Source: Eledone cirrhosa (taxonomy: Eukaryota). From it: DNA of 64,000 bases. The stretch is taken from assembly GCA_964016885.1 (NCBI GenBank), contig OZ024740.1:165168001-165232000 (forward strand), written 5' to 3'. The position numbers were made by a program, and so were the translations under genes. This document shows positions 1 through 13,669 of this stretch, piece by piece (position 1 is the first letter of the stretch; each line of letters starts with the position of its first letter). Under the pieces are notes generated by a model, which ran no database searches, was not told the DNA's origin, and was given only the letters and a program-made list of their open reading frames with translations.

Positions 1-124
1 AGCCGGATCAGTTGGTGACGGTTGCTTCTGACAGGACCCGCTAGAAGGAGTGTTTGAGGGCTCTCCCAGGATTGCCTGGGCGAAGAAGAAGAAGAAGAAG
101 AAGAAGAAGAAGAAGAAGAAGAAG

Positions 125-201
<77 letters not shown>
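1..201 (+). mobile_element. 3' end of an RTE-clade LINE with (GAA)n tail followed by (GTC)n
   Basis: AGAAGGAGTGTTTGAGGGCTCTCCC just before (GAA)n resembles GGAAGGAGTATTTGAGGACTGTGCC before the (GAA)n tail of the RTE fragment at 20968-21350 (minus). Confidence 0.5.
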
Positions 202-1297
202 TGATTAAATCTATCATTAATGATATGAAGTAGACAGTGGCTGCTTTCAAATCTGCTAAAGCGGTAGGAAAAGATTATTCAACTCTTCAAACACTTATCT
301 CCAAACATAAGTATTCTGGCGGGGAAAAAAATTATTGAAAAACCAAATTATTTGTAAGAAACTTTGCATTAATGAAGACATTTTGGATGCACTTAGATTA
401 CTATTAGATGAGCTATACGGAAAACAAGAGATTTTCTAAAAATACCTGTTAAATTACTGAAGTGACCAAGTAATATTTAGAAATAAATTTTATTTTACCA
501 TGCTCAGAAATAAAACTGTTTAACTAACGAAAATTGTTACTTTCAAATGGACAATATCTGACGAAACCGATCTGTATAAATCATTGCTCCGTAGCTATAA
601 GAAACGTTATTAGGGAATTATTGATAAAAGAAATGCACAATTATTAAAATACCACATTATGAGAGATATTTTGGTTGTGCGAAAAATACACCTAAAATCA
701 TAGAAACATTAAATGGTTTGGACCCTGCATGAAGGAATAGTGAAAAGTTACATGACCTGGGAAAATGATTTAAATGATTTACGTGACTATGTCTGAAAGA
801 GCATTTAACTGAAAAAAGATTCCAGCTGCTGAGAGACTACAGCAAGATAAACAAATTATGACGACAATTACAATATGTTCTGCCTAAAAGGACATATGTT
901 TTCCGTTCATGTATATTATTTGTAGTACAAAAAATTAAATGGTTGAATACATTATGTTTTATGATTAGCAGTATGTTACTGATAAAATTATATTAAAACT
1001 CTGGATCCCGTCATCATATATCAAACCATGAATGAGAAGAACCGATCTGCTTGATATAGAATTCATGGATCACAATCAACAGAATAGTTCATATTTAAAA
1101 TAATAGAATTACTGATATCTATGGGTTTTTTAATAATACATCAATGTTAACGGGTTATTGCTATTTTATTGTCAAATTGGGAATGATGTAATCTGAAATC
1201 ATGCATAAAATTTTGGTAGGTCAACTACTCGGTTGTTAGCATTTTAGTGACTCAGTGAACCGACTTCTGAAATGTTGTAAGTGCTCTAATTTCTTTA

Positions 1298-1464
<167 letters not shown>

Positions 1465-2404
1465 AATCTTGGTGTAACTTGGTATGTCTGCGTGCAAGAA
1501 TGGCGTGCACATGCACGTGCTTTGTGTAAATTTCAACGTAGATTAATTATAAATTAAGTGAATTATAGGGTTTTAAGTCACGCGATTTGATACCACCATC
1601 TTATTTGAATAAAATACTAAAAGCTCATTACTTATTTTCTGTGCAACTGTATTTGTGCTCGTGCAAGGGCGTTTGTATATTTGTATGTATGTGTGTTTGA
1701 ATAGTTGTGTATGCGTCTGCTCTATGATATTAGCAATCGTTGTAGGTGTAAAGTTCAAATTTCCTTATAAGAATAACACTCACTGCACTCACACACATCA
1801 TCTATCTATCCTCCCCCGCCTCTCTCTCTCTCTATAGATATATATGTGTGTGTGTGTATGTGTGTGTTTGTGTGTGTTGGTGTGGGTGCGTGTGTGTTTG
1901 TGAGTGCGCGTGTGTGTGAGTGCGCGTGTGTGTGTATTTGTGTGTGCTGCATTTTGATTTAGTAATTCTAAAGTACACACTTGAGAAAAAACTCGTATTT
2001 ATCATAGATGTATTCAATTCTCTGCAGCATATCTACGATCTTAACTCTTCTGCTTCCTCAATCACTTTTCGAACTCCTTCATCTACCAAGAAATGTTATA
2101 CTGTATCTCTTCCTGCATCGATGATATCAATGTCGTCACTCTCTGTGGTCAACAACTTTGAGGATTTCAACGCTCTCACATTCACCATATATTGCTGTAA
2201 TCTGTGCAAAAACTGTGTCTCGAAATCTCAACTCTCTACTTCGTGTTTCATTCTTCACGAATTTCTGATTGGTACACTCAAAACGTCATTGATCTCTTTT
2301 TTATCTCCAAACGCAACGATGATCAAACCACCCTGTCTCTGCACTATCGGGTTTCACAGCCAGTGTCTCTATCATGAATAACCAGGAAACATTCATGTCC
2401 TATA

Positions 2405-2591
2405 TAATTGTTTCTACTTTTGGCACAAGGCTAGCAATTATCCCAGTGTCTTACTGGTACTTTATTTTATCGACCCCGTAAGGATGAAAGGCAAAGTTAA
2501 CCTCGACAGGAATCGAACTCAGACTGTAAAGGGCCGTAACTTTATACTGCAAAGCATGGCGTCCGACCTTCTACCGTTACTGCCAATCCAT
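2405..2591 (-). mobile_element. tRNA-derived SINE (octopod-type family, about 185 bp)
   Basis: reverse complement of the 3590-3777 copy; A-box TGGCAGTAACGGTAG, B-box GAGTTCGATTCC, 3' end GTAGAAACAATTAT. Confidence 0.9.
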
Positions 2592-2920
2592 GTACTATAT
2601 AATGTAGCGTACCTCTCAGACCCCACGCTACTTCAAGTGAGTTAAGAGATCGGATATCCCTCAGTTCTATGCAATACCTCTCGAGTGACATATGTGTTTC
2701 ACTGTGACATCTCAGTCTCAGGTATACAGGTAGCTGAAAAATCTACTGAGATGTGGTCTACTACATTCTAAATATCGAAAATATCACACCACCTGATCCA
2801 CTACTATATATTTGTATGTATGAATGAAGTAATTCCGTCGGAAAGGTACAGGAAAAAAGAGTGTTCTATGTAAGTTACAGAGCTTATTAGTTATGTAATA
2901 AACAACATAAGATAATTATT

Positions 2921-2976
2921 TCATTTACCACTGGTTTCTTGAAAGCAGATATATCTGCTTTCAGTCGTCAGAATGA
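2921..2976 (-). ncRNA. minimal type I hammerhead ribozyme motif
   Basis: TCATT-CTGACGA-CTGAAAGCAGATATATCTGCTTTCAA-GAAAC-CAGTG-GTA-AATGA: stem I TCATT/AATGA, long stem II, GUA cleavage triplet. Confidence 0.8.
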
Positions 2977-3300
2977 ATAAACCATGGTGTTTTTATTAAA
3001 ATGTGGATTTGAAAACAAAATATAAGAAATATGAAAGTGAGGCTGAGGAGACAGTGGGCGAAGAAATGGAATATATATATATATATATATATAAAATAAG
3101 TAAATAAACAAACATACACACACTCAACCACGCGCATATACTTAAAAAGTACATATACATAAGCTGTCACTACTTCATGTATATGCATATGTAGATTTTA
3201 CCACAAATGTGTTATATATTTAAACTGAAACGTACAATAAGATACAATATTTCCTATACATACCGTATCAATAACGATTCCATCTCTCAGACAGACTAAA

Positions 3301-3369
3301 GTTGTAATCTGTTTCGCCCTGAAAATTGTGTTTGTAACAGATAATCCCTAGGCATTTCATCAGCGAGAG
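3301..3369 (-). ncRNA. degenerate hammerhead-like motif
   Basis: CTGATGA-AATGCCTAGGG...CAGGGC-GAAAC; stems I and III pair poorly. Confidence 0.4.
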
Positions 3370-3589
3370 ATTAGATTAAATGAAACAAAACACATCTAAC
3401 AAGAAACTCACGGAAGTAAATAATGTACCTCGTGGGTTGAAAGCTATACGTGGTGTGAGTGGTTTTGCTAGAAATAATAGCCTAATTACACTCATCTTAT
3501 AAGCTCACCAGATATGGAGCCGAAATACAAATAAAATATAGAGTTATTAATTCATATTAATACCCTGCAATTAACAAGATCAAAGTATT

Positions 3590-3777
3590 GGTGGATTGGC
3601 AGTATCGGTAGAGGGCCAGACGCCATGCTTTGACGTATTGAGTTACGGCCCTTGCCATTCTGAGTTCAAATCCCGCCGAGGTTAACTTTGCCTTTCATCC
3701 TTACGGGGTCGATAAAATAAAGTACCAGTAATACACTGGGTAATTTCTGGCCTTGTGCCAAAAGTAGAAACAATTAT
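3590..3777 (+). mobile_element. tRNA-derived SINE, near full length
   Basis: A-box TGGCAGTATCGGTAG, B-box GAGTTCAAATCC, body CTTTGCCTTTCATCCTTACGGGGTCGATAAAATAAAGTACCAGT, end GAAACAATTAT. Confidence 0.92.
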
Positions 3778-4260
3778 ATTATTAATATATGTAGAAATAA
3801 ACACAGTAAATTCTGCGACTAAAATTACGAGGGTAGATTTTACCACAAATGTTTTATATATTTAAACTGAAACATACAGTAAGATACAAGATTTCCTATA
3901 CATACCGTATCAATAACGATTTCATCTCTCGGACAAACTAAAGATTTAATCTGTTTCGCCCTGATGAATGTAATTAGGCTATTATTTCTAGCATAACCAC
4001 TCACACCACGTATAGCTTTCAATCCACGAGGTACATTATTTACTTCCGTGAGTTTCTTGTTAGATGTGTTTTGTTTCAGGTTATCAATATGAGTTAATAA
4101 CTTGATATTTTATTTGTATGTATATGTATGTATATGTATGTATTTTGCCCATGTCGGTTGATACATATACGCTTATGTGACACCTTATGTCTACGTACTT
4201 TTTAAGTATATGCGCGTGGGTGAGTGTGTGTATGCTTGTTTATTTATTTATTTATTTATT

Positions 4261-4299
<39 letters not shown>

Positions 4300-4301
<2 letters not shown>

Positions 4302-4428
4302 GGAACGAGTAAGACCGCGACGGCTCGTCGGGGTCTTACTCGTTCCTATTACCCACTCTACTACCCTAAGTATTGAGTACTTTGGTGCGTTATGGTCCAC
4401 CTGGTTCCTTACCACATTTCCTTCGTTA
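4300..4428 (+). mobile_element. short copy of the Naiad-PLE 3' tail with snap-back 5' end, in (TA)n
   Basis: matches 13190-13297; TAGGAACGAGTAAGACC...GGTCTTACTCGTTCCTA inverted repeat. Confidence 0.8.
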
Positions 4429-4458
4429 TATAGATATCTCTCTATATATATATATATT

Positions 4459-4505
<47 letters not shown>

Positions 4506-4507
<2 letters not shown>

Positions 4508-5486
4508 CGCGTACTCCCAGTTCAGTCATGATACCAGAAACCTAACATCCTTTATATAAGTGGACAGTAAATGACTTGTGGAGCCGCAGAAACCCAAATC
4601 TGGACTTTACCATCTTTGCAGGGGTCCGGGTAAGTTTTCAACCATTTATATTTTTATATATTTTTATATATTTTTATATCTGTATATCTGTTTGACCCAA
4701 AATAGGCGATCGAATTTTCGCTGTGTGGATGATCAGTGTGTTTGGCTTTTAACGTAAGTTGTAAGCTCTAATTCATATGAATTATCGAGCGCTTGCCACA
4801 CAACTCGGAAGTGATTCTCATTAATTCCTGAGCTGAAATTCGATTCTCGCTAATTTTAACTTGTATTAATCTTCAGAGTCTAGCTATTGGCCAGTTAATT
4901 TTATTGATTGTTTTTGGTCTATTCTATTGACTGCTGAATAGCTTTGTTATATTTAACCACTCTGTCGAGAGCTTTATTCGATTTGTGATATTTTGCATTT
5001 TCGCAATAATATACACAACTGAATTCATTCGCCTAATATAGGTGTTACCTTCCTTGCTGAACCCCACGTGGGGTCAGTTACAGACGCATTTATGTAGACT
5101 TTCGAACTGAATCCCGTTGACAACGCGTACTCCCAGTTCAGTCATGATACCAGAAACCTAACATCCTTTATGTAAGTGGACAGTAAATGACTTGCGGAGC
5201 CGCAGAAACCCAAATACTGGACTTTACCATCTTTCCAAGGGTCCGGGTAAGCTTTCAACCATTTATATTTTTATATATTTTTATATCTGTATATCTGTTT
5301 GACCCGAAATAGGCGATCGAATTTTTGCTATGTGGATGATTAGTTTAACCACCATCTCAGTGTGTTTGGCTTTTAACGTAAGTTGTAAGCTCTAATTCAT
5401 ATGAATAATCGAGCGCTTGCCACACAACTCGGAAGTGATTCTCATTAATTCCTGAGCTGAAATTCGATTCTCGCTAATTTTTACTT
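4506..5486. repeat. 1.6 head-to-tail copies of a 616-bp non-coding unit inserted in (TA)n
   Basis: AACGCGTACTCCCAGTTCAGTC at 4506 and 5122; similarity continues to about 5486. Confidence 0.9.
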
Positions 5487-5601
5487 ATATATATGTATAT
5501 ATATTTCTTTTCTCCTTCGCCCGTTGTTTCCTCAGCCTCGCTTTCATATTTCTTATATTATGTTTTAAAATCCACATTTTAATAAAAACACCATCTTTTA
5601 T

Positions 5602-5656
5602 TCATTCTGACGACTGAAGGCAGATATACCTGCTTTCAAGAAACCGCTGGTAAATA
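5602..5656 (+). ncRNA. minimal type I hammerhead ribozyme motif (inverted twin of 2921-2976)
   Basis: TCATT-CTGACGA-CTGAAGGCAG...CTGCTTTCAA-GAAAC-CGCTG-GTA-AAT. Confidence 0.75.
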
Positions 5657-5689
5657 AAATAATTATCTTACGTTGTTTATTACATAACT

Positions 5690-6251
<562 letters not shown>

Positions 6252-6354
6252 TATATATAGTATTTTAAAATCTCTAAAAACGTATTAGCAGGAGAATTTC
6301 CCACTTCTCATCTTCCCAAACCTATACATACATCATATACATACACACATCATG

Positions 6355-6385
<31 letters not shown>

Positions 6386-6397
6386 ACACACACACAG

Positions 6398-6499
<102 letters not shown>

Positions 6500-7304
6500 T
6501 GTTTTTCAATATTTCCGTTTGTTTTTCTAAAGACATCATTGCAATAGATGCTGTCGTAGCAGATTATAGTGTATTGTTTCCAGATGAGATATCTAGGTAT
6601 TCTACCAACATATTTGCCTCTGGAGAACGAGGTGAATTGTATCAACATTGTTGACACTAATTATGTTTACTGGCTCAGTTTGTAGTAATATATGATTACC
6701 ATCTTAAAAAATGGATTCTGATCGACTAAAATTGCTATTATTACTGAGATATCATATGGGACTACGGCTTAAGAATAAAACTGATTAGACATTGTCAGTG
6801 GGGATGACATAGTTACACTATGGGGTAAAAACATCATAAATTGATTATTCTTGTACATCGCATTCAGATCCATCATATGAATAAAAATCTGCATACTCAT
6901 AGAGAATAATTTGCACAGACATATACACACGTATATAGGTTTGTATGTAAATATATGTGTTTGTGTATATACAGCACCAATTAGAGAGATTGTCGATCTT
7001 ATCGGTTCCGTACTACTAATAACAAAGAATAGCGGCTTAAAGAAGACACACTTTTATCCAGGATCATGTTATTTCCCCTCGTGTTTTTGAGCAAATCGGT
7101 GAATTTTCTAATATAGGTATCAATGTATGTGGTAGATAATTCTGTAATGCCTACCGACTTCAATTTTCACCGCCAGTGTAATAGTTGTATATAACGCCTC
7201 CTATTCGGAAACTCACGACTCTATGACCGTGAGACAAACTATCTAACCATTAAGGCCATGTAACATGCATATATATATATATCTGTGTGCGTGTCTGTGT
7301 GTAA

Positions 7305-7339
<35 letters not shown>

Positions 7340-7504
7340 CGTAATTAAGACCGCAATGCAGGGTGGAGTCACATACATTCTTGCGCACGCCTGATTTTGG
7401 GCGAAAGTGTTGTATGCATCCGTCGCTGTCCGGCAACAAGCGCGTGAAATGCTGTACTATTTACTACTCGCATTTTCAAATTATCTGATACTTATCCTGA
7501 CAGC

Positions 7505-7930
7505 CATTAGAACTTGAGATGTGGGTCAACGGGTACAGCCCGAAACCGAATCTCGGTCATTGTAAGGGAAACATGCAGCGCCTCAGGAGCCCTGAAAGCA
7601 CGTCTGTTGTCGAAAAAATCAAGGTGTTGGTAACTGTTTACTTCGAATATCGAGGTGTTGTGTTTCAAGAATACGCAGCGGGAGGCCAAAAAGTACTATC
7701 ATAAATTTTTCCGATTCCTTTGTGAAGCAGTTCGGTAGAATAGACCGGATGTTTAGGCCTCGCAAAATTTGCAGCTGCATCATGACAATTCTCCGGCTTA
7801 TTTGTTGCACCTGGTCCAACGTTTGGTGGCAAAGAAAGGAATTTCCTTTACCACCCAGGCTTACTACTCTCCAGACATACAGGCTCTGTTTGTTCCCCAA
7901 ACGTAATATGTCACTGAAAATACCATGTGG
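7505..7930 (+). pseudogene. decayed mariner transposase fragment
   Basis: frameshifted EMWVNGYSP (DETWVYGYDP-like), KIKVLVTVYFEYRGVVFQEYAAGGQKV, QLHHDNSPA and YSPD..LCLFPK motifs. Confidence 0.8.
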
Positions 7931-8135
7931 AATGCGACAAACACACAGAGAAAGATATATATATAATAATAATAATAATAATTACCAGAGTATACACATA
8001 GTTATTTGCCTCAACACAACACACATAAAACGGGTGCCTATAAGGTTCCCGGACTCGAGTTTCTATATATATATATATATATATAGAAAGAGAGAGATAG
8101 AGAGAGCGAGAAAGAACGAGATTAAGAGTGTGAGA

Positions 8136-8217
<82 letters not shown>

Positions 8218-8329
8218 ATTATTTGATAGATTTCGTCCATTACTGCTCTAGACCTAATTCTGGGGTGATTCAGGTGTTCCAAAAATATGTTATTTCGTGA
8301 AGCGCAACACCATTCGCGGCTCATGTAGA

Positions 8330-9180
8330 GATGAGTAGTGGAATGGTATGAATATCTTTAAATTGGAAAGTTCTAAGTATCTAGGAGCACATCCTCCGAG
8401 TGATACCATCTTTGTTATTCACTCAAACACTCCAACATAATTTATTTACAACAATTCAGAGATCTCTAATATTATTTGATATCGTAAACATTCCACCCGA
8501 GGAAGACCATAAGGTAGCTTAAGTGCATCCATTTTTCCATAGTGTATTAGTTGAATTTATCTCCTCGTTTACAAAAACATTTTTCCGTACATTCGATAAG
8601 AGTTAGTAAAACTGATTGAAGGTATTTCCGGCCTACCTTTCCGTTGATGAATTTGTGAAACGTCCTGGTTACGTCACTATTTCTAGTCTCAAAATCCCTG
8701 ATCAATGCCTTCGTCTTCCTCTGAAGCAATGAACTATGATTTTATTTGCTATATATAAATATATTTAAGGAGGCTGTTATATGCGTTTCTGGTGTGCCAA
8801 TCGGGGAAATATAAATAGGAACTTGCATAAATTAATTAGGATGAAAGAGAGGTGGAAGTACTAAGCATATAATAGTGTGTAAAAAACTAAGGCTAGCATA
8901 TATACAGATAAACTGTATTAGATAGTGAGTTCCCTTTAAGAGTTATAAAAGTCGTGGATTGAACCACGTGTTACGCACCAGTTGACTTATTTTGGAGGAA
9001 GCGGGTCATAAATAAGATTGATTTTCTGTGTGGTCAGATTTACGGGCATTGGTAAGTAGCTGGATAATCAAATACATTTTTTGTGGGAGGAGGCTTCGTG
9101 GAGATAAATTAGGATCCATTTTATCTAAATTCTTTAACTGATCTTTATAAGCATTGATGGTTTACCGTTTGGGGTTTGAG
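8330..9180 (-). mobile_element. possible highly decayed Naiad-like PLE fragment
   Basis: TWFNP-coding GGATTGAACCACGT shared with about 11995-12008; LIECTEKCFCKR resembles the YIG.T...FK.R motif. Confidence 0.3.
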
Positions 9181-9231
9181 TACTTACCCAAAACTACATG
9201 TATTATTTATGTAGGGCATAAATAATAGACA

Positions 9232-9597
9232 ACATGCATCGTGGCATTGAGTTACGGCCCTTTACATTATGAGTTCAAATCCTGCCGAGGTTGACTTTGC
9301 CTTTTATCCTTACGGGGTCGATAAAATAAAGCACCAGTAATGCACTGGGGTAATTGCTGGCCAAAAGTAGAAACAATTATTTATGTAGAGCATCAAATTG
9401 GCAGTATCGGTAGAGCGTCGGACAACACAGACAACAAGGGCCTTTACGTTCTGAGTTCAAACCCCGCCGAGGTTAGCTTTGTCTTTCATCCTTACGGGGT
9501 CGATAAAATAAATCACCAGTAATATACTGGAATGATTTAATCGAATTTCCCTCCCCTTCAAATTTCTGGCCTTGTGCCTAAAGGAGAAACAATTATT
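9232..9597 (+). mobile_element. two adjacent tRNA-SINE copies
   Basis: two B-boxes (GAGTTCAAATCC, GAGTTCAAACCC) and two GAAACAATTAT ends. Confidence 0.88.
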
Positions 9598-9883
9598 TAT
9601 GACAGACACGTGCATAACGATGTATTCACACATGTTAAAACATTTCACATGCAGATAGATACACATATAGAGCCGTACATATCGACAGACTCAAATATTC
9701 ACGGGAATGTATATAGACTTATGTATATACACTTAACCATATGTACATGACATTTTTTCGATTCATCCACAAACATCGAGAGCCTAGTGTATCGATCCAT
9801 ATATCCCGACACCCAAACAGATATATCCATACATGTATACTTTCACACACATACACATACCTACATACACATCTATATACACA

Positions 9884-9913
<30 letters not shown>

Positions 9914-9916
<3 letters not shown>

Positions 9917-10008
9917 CAGAGGAATTGTGGTAAGGAACCAGCTGTACCATAACGCACCAGAAATAGCCTCGAAACGGCTTGAGCTCTGCCGTCGGAGTCA
10001 TACTTTTT

Positions 10009-10011
<3 letters not shown>
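9914..10011. mobile_element. rearranged Naiad-tail fragment in (TA)n
   Basis: GTGGTAAGGAACCAG...CCATAACGCACC joined to the opposite-orientation CGAAACGGCTTGAGCTCTGCCGTCGG. Confidence 0.7.
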
Positions 10012-10096
<85 letters not shown>

Positions 10097-10117
10097 CATA
10101 TATATATATATATATAT

Positions 10118-10315
10118 AATTCGGTTTTCTTCGACGCTATGGTCACTGCGGCCCGTCTATCGGTCGCTGTATTTGTTTGATTTGCAAAGCTGTCTAAACG
10201 TAATGTTATAACTCTAGGGATTAATCACTATTGAGTGCTTAGACGCACACCGAAACTGCATTCGTTAGCCTGGCTGCATCCAAAAGCTTCGTTGATGCTG
10301 CGCTAACATTTGTAT
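10118..10315 (+). repeat. about 200-bp interspersed repeat ending in (TA)n; second copy at 18500-18690
   Basis: shared TTTGATTTGCAAAGCTGTCTAAACGTA and TGCATTCGTTAGC blocks. Confidence 0.75.
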
Positions 10316-10544
10316 ATATATATATAAAGGAAATGAATACAAAGAGTTTAAAACCGTTAAAACATGTTTATATAATAGTGCGCCTACGTACGTTTCGCCC
10401 GGACTGGATTTATGAAGGGCATGGAAAGCGAAATAATGATCAATATATGCATATATCAATATATGCATATACATAAACTATTGGCAACTAAATATTTGTA
10501 TCGCCCATCTTTCCATTTTCTTCTCTCTCTCGATACCTATTCAT

Positions 10545-10596
<52 letters not shown>

Positions 10597-10653
10597 CGTT
10601 TCTGGAGCAGTGGAATACCGACACTCGCACATATATGTATATCCTCTTTATAT

Positions 10654-10687
<34 letters not shown>

Positions 10688-10689
10688 AA

Positions 10690-13298
10690 TATAGGAAAGA
10701 GTATGACCCCGACGGCAGAGCTCAAGCCGTTTCGACGGCTATTTCTGGACTAAATTAGAATGTTTAGCCTGGTGAATAAATAGCCGAACTGGTCAAGGGG
10801 GTACTTCCTTATATGGGAAGATTGTAGTTGTCAAGAGGATTGGTTAAAATTTGTTGTAAACACAAATAAGTCTATCATGGCATTTGGTGGGAGGTGGGGG
10901 TGGCTGAACTTGCCTGTAGAACAATAGGGGAGTGAGTGGAGCGGTCAAGCGTTGAATGTGATATGTATACAGCAGAATCTAAGGATAGTGTATGAAGTAG
11001 AGGAGAGAGGTTATAGAATAGGTAAATCGAATGAGAGTAGGAGACAATAAAAGATACTAGAAATAAATAAAAAAAAAATATAAAATTAGATAGTGAGAAA
11101 TGAATAAAAAAAATCATAATTACAGTTGAGAATAGAAAAAACTTGTAGAAATTACAAAACTGATACAAAATTAAAGGGGTTTAACTACTCTGCTATAAGT
11201 AGTTGGTAAAACGTATTAGGCCAAACTATCTTAAAATTACAGGGGTTGGGGTAACTGATGCTACAGAGGCCCGATGGGCTGTATCGGGGTAGGTGAAAGG
11301 GGAAAAGCAGACGAGGAAGAAAATATGGGGTGGAAGGGTCGTTATGGGGTTTGATGGCGAGGTAAGTCCTACGCAATCTGTGTTTGCATGCGGTTACCAG
11401 TTCGTCTTTCTTGTTTAGGAGTTGGTCCTTCGAAAACAGCATTTGTAATGTTTCCTCCGAGCATAAGTTACACGGACGGCGTCCTCCCGTATAAGAGTTA
11501 ACTCTGGACAGTAAGCTCCAAATGAGATTGTAGGTTATATCATTATCTTGGAGGTCCCAGATGTGGCCCGAAACTGTAGTGGCATGTCGCCGGACCGGGT
11601 TTCGGAAAGTATGACGGTGTTGGTAGAGCCGGATCTTGAAGTCACACGCGGTTAATCCTATATAAGCTTTGTTGGAGGTGTCCGTCCTCACGTTGCACTG
11701 GTAGATCACGTTACGTTCTCGGCATTTGTTGTTGAGGGGGCACGTAGATCTATCAGGGCAGTTACACCTCCTGGTCGGCTCTCCACTGATGTCTAGGTTA
11801 TTTCTTCCATAGGGGTTGACTTTTTTGTTGTTTGGGAAGACGATGTTTTGTGCGAAGTTAGGTGATGTGCTGTAGGAGAGTTTGATGGTGTTTTTGTTGA
11901 TTATGTTGTGGTAGCGATGTTGTAGTGGGAAGTGTTTTCGAGGAGTCTAAAGAAGATTTTCCCGATAGGTGTTGCCACCTCGGCATTATGGGGAGGATTG
12001 AACCACGTTAGGTTGCGTGAGCGGCGGTATCGCCTGCTGGTTCCGCTAAGGGAAGCTGGATAAAAGGATATTTCCTCCCAGAATCCACTCCGCTTGAGGG
12101 CCTGGATGTAATGAGGCGCGTGTTCGTCGAATATCTGCTCATTAGCGGACAAACGAGATATGCGGAGGGAGGTGTTTTTAACCAGGTTATTGGTGATGTT
12201 TCTAGGATGGTTAGAGAGGCGGTGGATGTAGTGCAGGTTGTCGTTTAGTTTCCTGTATGGGTAGAACAGATCATTTTCGAGGTTAAGGGTAACTTCCAGG
12301 AAATTGACTCGGGTTAGGGACGTTTGTAGGGTGATTTTAAATCCTCAGTCCCGGAAGTAGTGTATTAGTTGTTTACGGACCCGGTCTGTACTACTGGGGT
12401 TGTACCCTTTGAGGGTGAGGAGCCCATCTTCCCGGTACAATCCACCGCCGAATGCAGGAAACAGTTCGGTGAGTTTAAATAGTAGGAATAATCCTATAAG
12501 ATCTGTGACCTCGGCCGAATCTGTCGCGCCCATACTAACGTCAAAGGGGGGGGTGGGGGGTCGGGAGCTCTCTTTATCCACTTGGAGTTGTCGAAAAGTA
12601 GGACTGTCTTCCTGGCGTGGAGAATGATATTTCTTTCCTGGTCAGTGATGGGCGTGAGTGTTTCCAAAGTCCAAGGCGGCCGTAAGGAGCGGTAAGGTAA
12701 TAGATGCATAGTAACTCTCTATGTCAAACTGGATGAATTTTGTGTCTCGTTTGTCCTCCATATTCCGAGGCCGAGTTATACCAAAAGTTAAGCAAAACGT
12801 GAGACTTAGCCTATGGGTCAGCACCCAGGAAGTAATTCTCATGGTTCATTTCTCACTATCTAATTTTATATACTTTTTTATTTATTTCTAGTATCTTTTA
12901 TTGTCCCCTACTCTCATTCGATTTACCTATTCTATAGCCCCCCTCATCAATTTCATACACTATCCTTAGATTCTGCTTTATCACTTTCAACGCCTGACTG
13001 CTCCACTCACTCCCCTATTGTTCTACAGGCAGGTTCACCCACCCCTACCTCCCACCAAATGTTAACCAATCCTCTTGACAACTACAATCTTCCCATATAA
13101 GGAAGTATCCCCTTGACAAGTTCGTCTATTTATTCACCAGGCTAAAAATTCTAATTTAGTTCAGAAATAGCCGTCGAAACGGCTTGAGCTCTGCCGTCGG
13201 GGCCATCATTTTTCCTATTTCCCACTCTACTACCCTAAGTATTGAGTACTCTGGTGCGTTATGGTCCATCTGGCTTCTTACCACATTTCCTTTGTTAT
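10690..13298 (-). mobile_element. 5'-truncated Penelope-like element, Naiad-type, with 3' pLTR (about 10690-11180) and inverted pLTR copy (about 12845-13298)
   Basis: RT motifs FIQFDIESYYASI, FDVSMGATDSAEV, GLYREDGL; CNC...CPL..KC linker; GIY-YIG IYQC..YIGLT; 12845-13215 is the reverse complement of 10690-11105. Confidence 0.88.
11185..12768 (-). pseudogene. disrupted PLE ORF (reverse transcriptase plus GIY-YIG endonuclease)
   Basis: ORF-track pieces 12642-12842, 12494-12709, 12345-12581, 11901-12152 and 11185-11709, joined across frameshifts and a stop. Confidence 0.88.
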
Positions 13299-13586
13299 AT
13301 ATATATAGGGACAATAGGGAAATATATAGGGACAATTAAATCTCTCGCAAGGTAACTCTTTCCCGTGTTATTTTTAATTTTATCCTTCACACTCTTTCCT
13401 TCATTCCTCTACACGCTGCAGTCTTATACACGCCACGCATCTCAACGAACACCCACTTACATCTCTCTCTCCACCACCGGATCTTGTTACTCGGAGATTT
13501 ACCCATCTGCATTGTCGAGGCTTCCAAACGACTTAAAGAAATTTACCTTATTATTCCACAATGCTTCAAGCAAACTTCAATACTCT

Positions 13587-13665
<79 letters not shown>

Positions 13666-13669
<4 letters not shown>

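Noticed and set aside
1975-2400. 153-aa plus ORF and a protein-like minus frame (GLIIVAFGDKKEINDV...GVRKVIEEAEELRS)
   Set aside because: The minus frame has several stops and no family could be recognised; needs BLASTX
3590-3680. A/B boxes suggesting tRNA genes
   Set aside because: No cloverleaf; always fused to the SINE body
10380-10425. Minus-strand GCCC..GGGC-GAAAC-GTA half-hammerhead
   Set aside because: The CUGANGA core is missing, so it was not counted
12345-12347. In-frame TGA in the Naiad RT as a possible selenocysteine (some Naiads are selenoproteins)
   Set aside because: It falls at a non-Cys position (FRD*GFKIT), the CNC/CPL cysteines use normal codons, no SECIS was recognised and the ORF has other lesions
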